DNA of 64,000 nucleotides from Dehalococcoidia bacterium (GTDB lineage Bacteria; Chloroflexota; Dehalococcoidia; SHYB01): NCBI GenBank assembly GCA_965248515.1, contig CBDFJU010000002.1, positions 878,847 to 942,846 of the forward strand, read 5' to 3'. Shown piece by piece: positions 49,584 to 58,363 of this stretch (position 1 is its first letter; each line of letters starts with the position of its first letter). The notes under the pieces were generated by a model. It saw only the letters and a program-made list of their open reading frames with translations, ran no database searches and was not told where the DNA came from. The position numbers and the translations under genes were made by a program.

Positions 49584-50077
49584 AGGCTGGCGACTTCGCG
49601 GTGATGGGACCAGGAGAGGTTATGTTGCGCCATCGTCGGGTCAACCCAGGCCAAGCTCAAACGACGGGCCGTTCATGTCACCTGTCACGCGCTAGCATTT
49701 CATGTCCGCCCATGAATTGATGGCACGTGCCAACTACCCCATCACCCGATCTTCCCGAACGGGTCCAGGTCCCGTAGGTTCTCGGGCCCGTCGCGCCGCA
49801 TCTCCGCTACGAAATTTTCCCCGCGAAAAAATCAGCGCCGGCCTATCTTGCCAGGGCTCGAGGCCCACCCCCTGCAAAATGGGACGGAGAGCGTGGGTCC
49901 CATACTAGAAGTCCCATCAGATACTCGGGTGCCGAACGCGCCTGCCCCCGGGTACCCTTGCCCGCCCCCTCGCGGGTTCGTTCGCTGGAACTCACCCCGC
50001 CTGACGGTCGCTAGCATTGATCATCTAGGCTGCTTCAAGGGTTCATAAACTCGTCATAAAGTAGTGACAATTAACAC

Positions 50078-50106
50078 TTGATAAAATACAGATGCATAGC
50101 TATATT
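50078..50106 (+). promoter_or_regulatory. Near-consensus sigma70-type promoter (TTGATA - 17 bp - TATATT)
   Basis: Seen directly in an AT-rich stretch ~60 nt upstream of the tRNA-like gene. Confidence 0.5.
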
Positions 50107-50166
50107 ACTGTCAGTCGGCATATTGGTGAGACGCCGACACAACGCATGGAAGGAGGCGAATCACGC

Positions 50167-50258
50167 GGAGAGGTGCCGGAGTCTGGTCTATCGGGCCCGC
50201 CTGATAAGCGGTGCGAACGGCCACCACCGTTCCAGGGGTTCAAATCCCCTCCTCTCCG
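50167..50258 (+). tRNA. tRNA-like gene with Ser/Sec-type body and an Ile-like anticodon loop (CUGAUAA); identity uncertain, possible pseudo- or element-borne tRNA
   Basis: Acceptor GGAGAGG/CCTCTCC with discriminator G; long variable-arm hairpin ACGG-CCACCA-CCGT; canonical T-arm AGGGG-TTCAAAT-CCCCT; anticodon stem CCCGC/GCGG(U)G with a bulge; no encoded CCA. Confidence 0.45.
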
Positions 50259-50337
50259 CACCTTCGATCAACAAAGGCTAGCGAAGTAAAAAGAGCGGGG
50301 CACCAGAGCGTGAACCCTGGTGCCCCTAAAGGAGGCA

Positions 50338-50886
50338 ATGATGACGAAGACACCATCGCCCAAAGACAGTATACCGAACGTGGGGCTACCGAAAGAAGGA
50401 TCGTCTTGGTGGGAAGAGGCTAGCACCGAAGGGGACCCCACCGTGGAGATCATCGCCATCGAGCTCGACTTCCGAGCGACCAGGCCACTCAGCATCATTC
50501 AGGCCTTGGTCAGCAACGACCTGCACGGGTTACTGGAGCACTACCTACCGCCAGCGGTAATGAGGCAGGCGGGCGCCATGCTTGGCGTCTTGGATAACCT
50601 CCTTACCGACATACAGACCGTCGGCACCAAAGTTGTCGGGCGATCTCTCGCCCAGTTCCCACGTGCGACGGGCACGCTTGAAGAGACGTTGCAGGAGTCC
50701 TTCGCTGCGTCAGGGTACGACCTGGACAAGGTCAAACTGATGGTCCGAGACGCGTTAGTCCGCTGCGACATTGATGGGTTGGAGGAGAGCCTACCATCTG
50801 GCCTCGACATTGAGGATCCAGAGGCCGTGTGGGCAATCACGTACCCCGGCAAGAAGGCGAACGAGGCGGAGGCTGGCCGTGGTTAA
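50338..50886 (+). CDS. Hypothetical protein (182 aa)
   Basis: AGGAGG 4 nt before ATG 50338; acidic protein. Confidence 0.5.
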   Translation: MMTKTPSPKDSIPNVGLPKEGSSWWEEASTEGDPTVEIIAIELDFRATRPLSIIQALVSNDLHGLLEHYLPPAVMRQAGAMLGVLDNLLTDIQTVGTKVVGRSLAQFPRATGTLEETLQESFAASGYDLDKVKLMVRDALVRCDIDGLEESLPSGLDIEDPEAVWAITYPGKKANEAEAGRG

Positions 50887-50893
50887 GCCCAAC

Positions 50894-51115
50894 ATGGACG
50901 CGAAGGTCAAGCTCGAGCTCAAGATTGCGTTAACGGAGGTGTTTGACCACCTCAAAGAGGTCGACTACCCCGAGGAGATCGTCATCGAACAAGGTTGGGC
51001 TTGCGGGGTAATACTAGCGGGATTAGCCACGATTCTTGAGCAGCAGGGCGACATCCCGAAGCTCCCGGAGAGGCCGTGGGATATCCCGTTTGAAAAGAAA
51101 CCAGCCACAAGCTAA
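50894..51115 (+). CDS. Hypothetical protein (73 aa)
   Basis: MDAKVKLELKIALTEVFDHLKEVDYPEE...; follows the previous gene directly. Confidence 0.4.
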   Translation: MDAKVKLELKIALTEVFDHLKEVDYPEEIVIEQGWACGVILAGLATILEQQGDIPKLPERPWDIPFEKKPATS

Positions 51116-51166
51116 GACCGAATACGGGGTGGGGGACAGCCAACCTCACCCCGGAAAGGACAGCTA

Positions 51167-51376
51167 TTGGGTTACATCACGGTCAGCGAAGCCATGGACA
51201 GGACCGGTTATGGTCGGGCCTGGGTGAATCGCCTCATTCAAGACGGCCGCCTGAGAGCTCGGAGAGTAGGTCCTGTGTGGACTATCTCCGAAGCGTCCCT
51301 CGCGGCGTTCATGAAGCTCGATCGTCCGCGGGGCCGGCCACCAAAGCGCCGGCGCCAAACGAAGGATCCCGGGTGA
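51167..51376 (+). CDS. Excisionase/MerR-like HTH DNA-binding protein
   Basis: ITVSEAMDRTGYGRAWVNRLIQDGRLRARRVGPVWTISEASLAAFM; TTG 51167 or ATG 51191. Confidence 0.5.
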   Translation: MGYITVSEAMDRTGYGRAWVNRLIQDGRLRARRVGPVWTISEASLAAFMKLDRPRGRPPKRRRQTKDPG

Positions 51377-51420
51377 GCAAGGAGAAGCTGAGAAATGTGC
51401 AATTGTTGCACTTATCTCGC

Positions 51421-51440
51421 GTGTCACCAATCGGTGACAC
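51421..51440. promoter_or_regulatory. Perfect palindrome GTGTCACC-AATC-GGTGACAC just outside repeat B
   Basis: Seen directly; candidate operator or recombination-site arm. Confidence 0.3.
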
Positions 51441-51444
51441 CGGG

Positions 51445-51704
51445 CAAAGAAAGACCCCCACGTCCACCAGCGTAGGGGTCGGGCCGCACGATATGGTGCC
51501 AGAGTCGGTCTACTTCGATCTTACCACGACCGCCTGGACCTCGGCAACGGCCACCGCATGTCGACGAAAGGAGTCGGGACATGGAACTCGAGAGGCAACC
51601 ACGCCTCATAACGGATCGGCAACAACAAGTTCTCGCCCTGGTGGCAGAGGGGAACAGCAACAGAGCTATCGCCTCGGAGCTCGTGATCTCCGAGAGGACG
51701 GTCA
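51445..51704 (+). repeat. Direct repeat B (260 bp), candidate attR; supplies promoter region and 5' end of the intact LuxR-type gene
   Basis: Matches 38755-39017. Confidence 0.7.
51446..51480 (-). terminator. Second copy of the terminator-like hairpin (see 38756-38790)
   Basis: Same stem-loop and flanking A/T tract, with one substitution in the stem. Confidence 0.35.
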
Positions 51705-51799
51705 AGAACCACATGACGTGCGTGATGACCAAGCTGGACGCCGTTGACCGCACCCATGCTGTCGTCACGGCCGTTCGGCGCGGCGAGCTGGTGATCTAA
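51581..51799 (+). CDS. Small LuxR/GerE-family HTH protein (72 aa)
   Basis: LTDRQQQVLALVAEGNSNRAIASELVISERTVKNHMTCVMTKLDAVDRTHAV; AAAGGAG SD. Confidence 0.7.
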   Translation: MELERQPRLITDRQQQVLALVAEGNSNRAIASELVISERTVKNHMTCVMTKLDAVDRTHAVVTAVRRGELVI

Positions 51800-51963
51800 C
51801 GAATTGTAGGGGTTGTAGTAATTGTAGGCTAAGAGAGTTTACTTTACGTGAGTGGGGAAAAGGTCCTCAAGGACTGGGATCCACAGCGATGTCGGCAGAA
51901 TGTCGGCAAAGAGGCTATTCAACAACAAGAGAGAGAGTAAACAACAGAAGTAAACACAAGAAA

Positions 51964-52050
51964 TGGTGCCGAGGGGGAGACTCGAACTCCCACGAGCTTG
52001 CGCTCACCACCCCCTCAAGATGGCGTGTCTACCTATTCCACCACCTCGGC
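51964..52050 (-). tRNA. tRNA-Leu (anticodon GAG)
   Basis: GCCGAGG acceptor; 3-bp D-stem; anticodon stem CCATC/GGTGG with loop UUGAGGG; long variable arm; T-arm GGGAG-TTCGAGT-CTCCC; discriminator A then CCA. Confidence 0.8.
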
Positions 52051-52435
52051 ATGAAGGGACGTCGTCGAGGACGCGCGCCAAAGCCCCACGCGCGAGCCGT
52101 CCTACAGGTTTGGCGCGGGCATCATCATAGCCTTCGCTCTCTTTCGGTGTCAAGGAATCCACTCCTGATGTCACCGGAAAACCCCGCAACTCTCGCCGTG
52201 CCGGCACCCAGCGCCGACTCCAAGCGCGTTTGGTGGGCCCATGAGGGGGCGCCTCGACCGGGATTGGGGTGTGGACGATATGGGGAGGCCTCTGGCAGCG
52301 CTATCGTGAGTGGGCAGCACTGGAGCGCGGCACCAGGGCAAGGTCACGGAAGGAGCATCGCTCCTTCAATGCCTCTAGGCTGCACAACACAGGGGATTCT
52401 GTCGCGTTCAGCGGCTGTCCCGCGGCATAGACGGT

Positions 52436-52469
52436 GGAGGAGGCCGGGCCCTCCCTCCCGGCCTCCTCC
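52436..52469. promoter_or_regulatory. 13-bp perfect inverted repeat GGAGGAGGCCGGG-N8-CCCGGCCTCCTCC upstream of the peroxiredoxin gene
   Basis: Seen directly; no U-tract on either strand. A TATAAT box lies at ~52534. Confidence 0.35.
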
Positions 52470-52601
52470 AACACCGTCGCTTCTCCAGTCCGGCCACACG
52501 CACTGTCGTTTCCTCCATTTCGCTCTTCCATGTCGCGTATAATGGGCGTCGCCGAGCGTCCTCCTCGGGGGACCTCGCGACAACTAACCAGGAGGTTGCC
52601 G

Positions 52602-53063
52602 ATGGCCGTCGAAGTGGGCGAAAAAGCCCCCGACTTCACGATGCCGGACCAGAATGGCGACCAGGTAAGTCTCAGCGACTTCAAGGGGAAACAGCCGGTA
52701 GTGTTCGGCTGGTACCCCGCCGCGTTCACCGCGGGCTGAGCCAACCAGGTCTCCACGTTTCACCGCAACGTGAAACGGTTCGAGGAGAAAGGCGCTCAGG
52801 TCCTGAGCGCAAGCACGGATAGCAGACACTCGCAGAAGATGTTCGGCAACGGACTCGGAGGCGTGACACACCCGATCCTCTCGGACTACCACCCGAAGGG
52901 GCAGGTAGCCGGCGCCTACGGCATTTACAACGACGAGTCGGGTATGTCCCGCCGCGCCGCCTTCGTTATCGACAAAGAAGGCGTAGTGCGGTTCTCCAAG
53001 GTGTACAGCGGTGGATTGCCCGACGTCGAAGAGCTGCTCGCCGAGATCGACAAGCTCGGCTAG
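52602..53063 (+). CDS. Peroxiredoxin (Bcp/PrxQ type) with in-frame TGA (52737-52739) at the peroxidatic-Cys position: candidate selenocysteine peroxiredoxin
   Basis: ORFs 52434..52739 and 52770..53063 share a frame. AGGAGG 6 nt before ATG 52602; the sequence reads KAPDFTMPDQNGDQVSLSDFKGKQPVVFGWYPAAFTAG-TGA-ANQV...; Bcp homologues as I recall have FYPKDFTPGCTTE there. Confidence 0.6.
52756..52777 (+). promoter_or_regulatory. Candidate SECIS-like hairpin (8-bp stem CGUUUCAC/GUGAAACG, loop CGCAAC) 17 nt 3' of the UGA
   Basis: Seen directly; position is compatible with bacterial SECIS spacing, but no model was run. Confidence 0.35.
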
Positions 53064-53087
53064 ACAGCGGCGAGCTCAACCAGCGCA

Positions 53088-53116
53088 GGGCCCCCCGGTT
53101 TCGAACCGGGGGGCCC
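53088..53116 (+). terminator. GC-rich hairpin GGGCCCCCCGG-TTTCGAA-CCGGGGGGCCC after the peroxiredoxin gene
   Basis: 11-bp perfect stem 25 nt after the stop; weak U-tract (UCUUG). Confidence 0.5.
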
Positions 53117-53214
53117 TCTTGCGTCACGGCAGCGGCCCGAAGCCGCGGGGCTTGACACGTCAAGGGGGCATGCATACCGTTGGGTCGGCGGCAACCGGCC
53201 CGGAGGGACGCAAC

Positions 53215-54075
53215 GTGGCACAAGAGTACACGAACATGCTCGTCGAGCACGACGGGCGCATCGGTCGCATCATCATCAATCGCCCGGAGAAGCACAACGC
53301 GCTGCTCCACCAGGCGGTCTACGAGTTCCCACGCGCAATCGACGAGTTGACGGCCGACGACGAAGTCCGCGTGATCATCATGAAGGGCGCCGGGCCGTCG
53401 TTCAGCTCCGGCTTCGACTGGAAGGTGATCGAGCGCCCGGGTAGGGCCGAAGACGCTGTCCACGAGGTGTTGACCGGCCGCGACTGGCTCCACGGGCTCT
53501 TCAAGATCTGGGACACGCCGAAGCCCGTGATCGCGCAGCTTCACGGCTATGCCGCGGGCTGGGGCAGCCTTCCCTTGCTGTTCTGCGACCTGAGGTACGC
53601 CGCGCCCGACTTCAAAGTGTTCAAGGCGGCGGGGGTAACCGGCGCCTACCTCGGCGAGGTCTGGGCCTGGTTTGTCGGGACCACCGCGGCCAAGGAGTAC
53701 ACGTTCCGCCCCACCAACAAGCTGACCGCCGACGAGCTGTACAATTACGGTCTCCTGAACCGGATCTACCCCCAGGACGAGCTCGAGGCGCGGGTCGAGG
53801 AGATCGCCGCCGAGATCGCCACCGCGCATCCCCTGTTTCTCCAGCTCCAGAAGCTCGGCCTCAACCGGCAGATCGACATGCGCGGCTTCCGCGAGTCGGT
53901 GCTCCAGGCGAAGGACTTCGACGCCATGCTTCACTGGTCGGTGCTGGGACGCGCCAACATGGTGCGCCTGAGGCATCTGGGTGGCGACCGTCGCAGACTC
54001 GCGGAAGAGCAGGAAGACACCGAAGCATACTGGAAGGCCCGCGAAGCGGACCCTCGTACGACCGGGCAGTGGTAG
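53215..54075 (+). CDS. Enoyl-CoA hydratase/isomerase family protein
   Basis: GRIIINRPEKHNAL...MKGAGPSFSSGFD...GYAAGWGSLPLLFCD; GTG 53215 follows GGAGGG. Confidence 0.75.
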   Translation: MAQEYTNMLVEHDGRIGRIIINRPEKHNALLHQAVYEFPRAIDELTADDEVRVIIMKGAGPSFSSGFDWKVIERPGRAEDAVHEVLTGRDWLHGLFKIWDTPKPVIAQLHGYAAGWGSLPLLFCDLRYAAPDFKVFKAAGVTGAYLGEVWAWFVGTTAAKEYTFRPTNKLTADELYNYGLLNRIYPQDELEARVEEIAAEIATAHPLFLQLQKLGLNRQIDMRGFRESVLQAKDFDAMLHWSVLGRANMVRLRHLGGDRRRLAEEQEDTEAYWKAREADPRTTGQW

Positions 54076-54085
54076 GAGGCGGTTG

Positions 54086-54976
54086 ATGGAATACGGGACG
54101 CTGAAGGTCGAGCACGACGGACGCGTCGGCCGGATCATCATCAACCGGCCGGAGAGACACAACTCGTTTCCGATCTCCACTGTTCACGAGTTTCCCGCTG
54201 CGATCGACGAGCTCAACGAGGACGAAGAGGTCCGAGTCGTCATCCTGAAAGGGGCCGGGAAGTCCTTCAGCTCGGGCTTCGATACGTCGTCTCACCAGTC
54301 CGAGATGACGGAGGCCGAGCGATCGAGCAAGAGCCCGATGGGCAAGCTCTGGGAGGACGCAGCCCACGAGGTCCTGGGGAGCCGGAAGTGGCTCGCCGGG
54401 CTGTTCAAGATTTGGGACTCGCCCAAGCCGGTGATCGCGCAGCTTCGCGGCTACGCAGCCGGGTGGGGCAGTCTGCCACTGTTGTTCTGCGACCTGCGCT
54501 ATGCCGACCCGACGTTCAAGGTCTTCAAGGCCGCGGGAGTCACCGGCGCTCACCTGGGCGAGGTCTGGAGCTGGTTCATCGGCATCACCGCTGCGAAGGA
54601 GTTCACCTTCAGGCCGATGAACCGCCTCACCGCCGACGAGCTGTTCAACTTCGGCCTGGTGAACCGGATCTACCCTGAAGACGAGCTCGAGCAGCGCGTC
54701 GAGGAGATCGCCGCCGATATCGCCACGGCGCATCCCCTGTTCCTGCAGCTTCAGAAGCTCGGCCTCAACCGTCAGGTCGACTTCCGGGGTCTCCGCGAGT
54801 CCATCTACTCGAGCAAGGATTTCGACGCCCTGTTGCACTGGTCCGAGCTCGGGCGCGCCAATCTGGCACGGGTGGCGGAGCTGGGCGGGGACCGCCGCCG
54901 CATGGCCAAGGAGCAGGAGAGCGGCGACGATTACTGGGCGTATCTCGAAAAGCGACTCAAAGAGGGGTCGATCTAG
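54086..54976 (+). CDS. Enoyl-CoA hydratase/isomerase family protein (tandem paralogue)
   Basis: About 60% identical to the upstream paralogue by eye; AGGAGG SD. Confidence 0.8.
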   Translation: MEYGTLKVEHDGRVGRIIINRPERHNSFPISTVHEFPAAIDELNEDEEVRVVILKGAGKSFSSGFDTSSHQSEMTEAERSSKSPMGKLWEDAAHEVLGSRKWLAGLFKIWDSPKPVIAQLRGYAAGWGSLPLLFCDLRYADPTFKVFKAAGVTGAHLGEVWSWFIGITAAKEFTFRPMNRLTADELFNFGLVNRIYPEDELEQRVEEIAADIATAHPLFLQLQKLGLNRQVDFRGLRESIYSSKDFDALLHWSELGRANLARVAELGGDRRRMAKEQESGDDYWAYLEKRLKEGSI

Positions 54977-54997
54977 CCGGGAGAAGGCATCGCTTCC

Positions 54998-57439
54998 ATG
55001 AGGGTCATCGAGATAGGAGGCTTCGCGGCCGGCTACGCAGGCCGTCTCTTCGCCGACAGGGGCGAAGACGTCATCAAGCTCGAGCCGCCCGGCGGGGACG
55101 CCATCCGCTCGCTCCCGCCCCAGATCGAGACCCCCGACGGCGCTCGCATCAACGGCTCCTTCGCCTTCTTCCACATCAACAAGCGCTTCGCGACCCTCGA
55201 CCTCGGCAGTGGCGAAGGCCAGGCCCGGCTCGTCGAGCTGGCGAAGACCGCGGACCTGCTGCTGTTGGAAGAGCCCTTCGCGCAGCATTTCGTCGCCTCT
55301 GGCCTTCGGGAACGGCTTGTCTCGGAGGCCCCAACGCTCGTCATCGTCTCCTGCACGGGCTTCGGCGCGGACGGCCCCTACGCAGCGTACCGGGCCGACG
55401 ACCTCGCCGCCCTGGCCATGGGCGGCATCCTGCGCTGCGCCGGCGCCGAGGATGCCCCGCCGACCAGGCTGCCCGGTCATTCAGCCGACGTTTTCGTGGG
55501 CCTGGCGATGGCATCGGCAGGCTCCATGGCCCTCCTCCAACGCGACGAGACGGGCCGAGGCCGGGTGGTGGACGTGTCGAAGCAGGAGGCCCTGGCGTCG
55601 ACGACCACTATCGTCGGCGTGGCGAAGTATCTGCAAGAAGGGTTCACGGGAAGGCGCGGCAAGTCCAACGCGGGAATCCCTTCGGGCAACTACCCCACCA
55701 AGGACGGACTTGTCCGCATCACGGCCTATATCAAATGGATGTGGCGGGTCCTTGCCCAGTGGGTCTACGAGGTCACCGGCGAAGAGAAGATCCTCGACAA
55801 GATGTTCGAAGGCACCGACGCCGAGCGCTACCCCTACGCCGACCTCCTCGACCACTGGCTCACCGACTTCGCCGCCCAGTTCACCACCGAGGAAATCCTT
55901 CGCGAGGCCGAGAAACGCAAGCTCACGCTGGCCGCGATCAACTCCCTCGACAAGGTGCTGACCCACCCGCAGCTCGCCGCCCGGGGCTACTTCCACAGCC
56001 CAACCTGGCTGGGTAACGGCGCGACCTATCCAGGCCCCGCCTATCGGACCAGCGCCTTCAAAATGGAGCTGAGGTCTCCCTCGGGGCGTCCGGGGAGAGA
56101 CGACGGCGAGGTTTTCGCAGGGCTAGCGGCGCCGGGCGCGGTCCCAGAGCGGAGAGATGGAGCCGCGGCCAGGCGCATCCTTTCCGGGGTGCGGGTCCTC
56201 GACCTCGCTGGGCAGATGGGCATGCCGTGGATGGCTCGGCACCTCGCCCACCACGGCGCCGAGGTGATGACCGTCGAGTCGAGCCTGCACCCGCCGAAGA
56301 TCCGCGGCTACGTGCCGCCCTACGCTCCCCATCTCGGCGTTCGCGCCCAGGACAACCCGTCCCTCACGGAGTGGCACGCGGGCAAGCTCTCACTGGGGAT
56401 GGACATCAACAGGCCCGAGAGCCAGCAGATGCTCGACACCCTGTTCAGTATTTCCGACATCGTCGTGTTCAACCGCCTGCCCAAGACGGCGAAGGTCCTC
56501 AAAATCGACTACGCCCGCGTCGCCGCCGCGAATCCCGCCGCCATCATGGTCCACAACACGGGGTACGGGCTCGAGGGCCCCTACGCCAACAACGGCGCCT
56601 TCGGCGACCATATCGAGTCGACCGCGGGCATCTCGCACCTGCTGCGCGATCCAACGACCGGCGCGCCCGGCTCCAGCGGCACGCTCCTGATCGACTACAT
56701 CGCCGGCCTCCACGGCTTCTACGCCGTGCTCGAGGCGCTGCGCTCCCGGCGTGTCACCGGCCGGGGCCAGTACATCGACCTCTCGATGCTCGAGCTCGCG
56801 GTCTCCAGCATCGGCGACATCGTCGGCGCCTACGCCCTCACCGGCGAAGAGCCCGAGCCCGGCAACCGGGTGGAGAACGCCGCCCCGTACGGCGCCTACG
56901 CCTGCGACAACGGAGAGCGGTACTGTACGATCTCGGTTTATGGCGACGATGAGTGGACCCGCTTCTGTCACTTCGCGGATAGGGCGGAATGGCTGGAGGA
57001 CCCACGCTTCGCCTCCCACGAAGACCGGCTGCGGCACCGCGCCGAGCTGGACGCCGCTCTCAATGAGTGGGCGCACCACCGGTCGGCCTTCCAGACGATG
57101 TACGGCTTGCAGCAGGTGGGTATTCACGCCGGGGTGGTCCTGGACGCCCGCGGACTGTTGCACGATCCTCAGCTCCAACACCGGGGATTCTTCCGCACCT
57201 ATCTTCACCCAACCGGAGGCGGGGTCATCGGGACGGGCGTCGCAATCAGCCTGCAAGAGCCCGAAGGCCGCGCGCTGAGGACGGGTTTTCTCATCGGCCA
57301 GGATACGCAGTATGTCGTGGGCGATCTGTTAGGCTTGGGGCCGGCCGGGGTAACGGGCCTCGTGGACGCCACGGCCATCGAAATCGCCGAGCCCTGGGCG
57401 TGGCCGGGCGGCGAAACACAACACGGTAATGGACGATAG
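54998..57439 (+). CDS. Tandem-fused double family III CoA-transferase (813 aa)
   Basis: Two complete CaiB/BaiF-like units (1-~400 and ~410-813), each with a GxxxDxxKxE N-terminal motif (RVIEIGGFAAGYAGRLFADRGEDVIKLEP / VRVLDLAGQMGMPWMARHLAHHGAEVMTVES). Confidence 0.8.
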   Translation: MRVIEIGGFAAGYAGRLFADRGEDVIKLEPPGGDAIRSLPPQIETPDGARINGSFAFFHINKRFATLDLGSGEGQARLVELAKTADLLLLEEPFAQHFVASGLRERLVSEAPTLVIVSCTGFGADGPYAAYRADDLAALAMGGILRCAGAEDAPPTRLPGHSADVFVGLAMASAGSMALLQRDETGRGRVVDVSKQEALASTTTIVGVAKYLQEGFTGRRGKSNAGIPSGNYPTKDGLVRITAYIKWMWRVLAQWVYEVTGEEKILDKMFEGTDAERYPYADLLDHWLTDFAAQFTTEEILREAEKRKLTLAAINSLDKVLTHPQLAARGYFHSPTWLGNGATYPGPAYRTSAFKMELRSPSGRPGRDDGEVFAGLAAPGAVPERRDGAAARRILSGVRVLDLAGQMGMPWMARHLAHHGAEVMTVESSLHPPKIRGYVPPYAPHLGVRAQDNPSLTEWHAGKLSLGMDINRPESQQMLDTLFSISDIVVFNRLPKTAKVLKIDYARVAAANPAAIMVHNTGYGLEGPYANNGAFGDHIESTAGISHLLRDPTTGAPGSSGTLLIDYIAGLHGFYAVLEALRSRRVTGRGQYIDLSMLELAVSSIGDIVGAYALTGEEPEPGNRVENAAPYGAYACDNGERYCTISVYGDDEWTRFCHFADRAEWLEDPRFASHEDRLRHRAELDAALNEWAHHRSAFQTMYGLQQVGIHAGVVLDARGLLHDPQLQHRGFFRTYLHPTGGGVIGTGVAISLQEPEGRALRTGFLIGQDTQYVVGDLLGLGPAGVTGLVDATAIEIAEPWAWPGGETQHGNGR

Positions 57440-57449
57440 GGGGCGAATT

Positions 57450-58334
57450 ATGGCGATCGATCTGCAGCAACCCAAGGAGCTGGTCGGCGGACTTCTGTTC
57501 CCCGAGAGCCCTCGGTGGCACGACGGCAAGTTCTATTTCTCGGACATGCATGCCCACAGAGTGATGACGGTCGACATGGAGGGCAAAACCGAAGTCGTCG
57601 TCGAGCTCGATAACGACCGGCCTTCGGGCCTGGGGTGGCTGGACGACGGCTCGATGCTCATCGTCGCCATGTACGGCAAGAAGCTGCTCCGCTTCGATGG
57701 GAAAAGCCTGAGCGTGCACGCGGACCTCAGCTCGCTCACCGGCAGCTTCAACAACGACATGGTGGTCGACGCCCAGGGCCGAGCCTACGTCGGCGCCCGC
57801 GGAATCAAACCCGACGGCACCTTCATCCGCTGGGGCCGGGTAATCCTGGTGACTCCCGACGGCGAGACCAGGTCCGTAGCCGACGAGCTCCACGGCCCCA
57901 ACGGCACGGTGATCTTCCCCGATGGGAAGACGCTGGTGGTCGCCGAGACGGCCGGACACCGGCTTCAGGCCTTCGACATCGAGGCAGACGGCTCGCTGAC
58001 CAACCGCCGGCTCTTCGCCGACCTCGGCGAGTCCACCGGAGACGGGATCTGCCTCGACGCGGATGGCGGAATCTGGTGCGCCTCGCCTGGAACGGCGGAG
58101 TGCATTCGCGTGGTCGAAGGGGGCGAGGTCACCCACCGCCTAGCCCACCAGAACAAGAAGCCGGTGGCCCCGATGCTCGGCGGCGACGGCCGGCGTACCC
58201 TGTTCCTCGCTTCTACCAGGTTCGAGGCCGAGCACCTGGCAGAGCTGAAGCGTCGCGAGGACGACAAGAATAGCCGGTCTCGCGGCTGGATTGAGACCCT
58301 GCCCTCGGATTTCGCGGGGGCCGGTTGGCCCTAG
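57450..58334 (+). CDS. SMP-30/gluconolactonase/LRE-like lactonase (6-bladed propeller)
   Basis: LLFPESPRWHDGKFYFSDMHAHRVMTV...PNGTVIFPDGKTLVVAETAGHRLQAFD; alternative start 57429. Confidence 0.75.
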   Translation: MAIDLQQPKELVGGLLFPESPRWHDGKFYFSDMHAHRVMTVDMEGKTEVVVELDNDRPSGLGWLDDGSMLIVAMYGKKLLRFDGKSLSVHADLSSLTGSFNNDMVVDAQGRAYVGARGIKPDGTFIRWGRVILVTPDGETRSVADELHGPNGTVIFPDGKTLVVAETAGHRLQAFDIEADGSLTNRRLFADLGESTGDGICLDADGGIWCASPGTAECIRVVEGGEVTHRLAHQNKKPVAPMLGGDGRRTLFLASTRFEAEHLAELKRREDDKNSRSRGWIETLPSDFAGAGWP

Positions 58335-58363
58335 GGACGGGCGCTCGCTAGAAGGAAACACCC

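Noticed and set aside
50167-50258. tRNA-like gene as a tRNA-Sec (selC) serving the two UGA-containing genes
   Set aside because: The anticodon loop reads CUGAUAA (GAU), not UCA. The acceptor is 7 bp with a T-T mismatch at an eighth pair, and the D-arm is not the 6-bp/4-nt Sec type.
51964-52050. tRNA-Leu 3' end as the attachment site of the integrative element
   Set aside because: No partial copy of the tRNA 3' half was found at the far end of the element; the boundaries are instead defined by the 260-bp direct repeats 260 bp away from the tRNA.
52966-55480. Long minus-strand ORFs 52966..54180 and 53861..55480 (404 and 539 aa)
   Set aside because: They are exactly antisense to the two crotonase genes and the CoA-transferase. 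Their sequences are Arg/Gly/Ala-rich with no motifs, and the plus-strand genes have SDs and clear family signatures.
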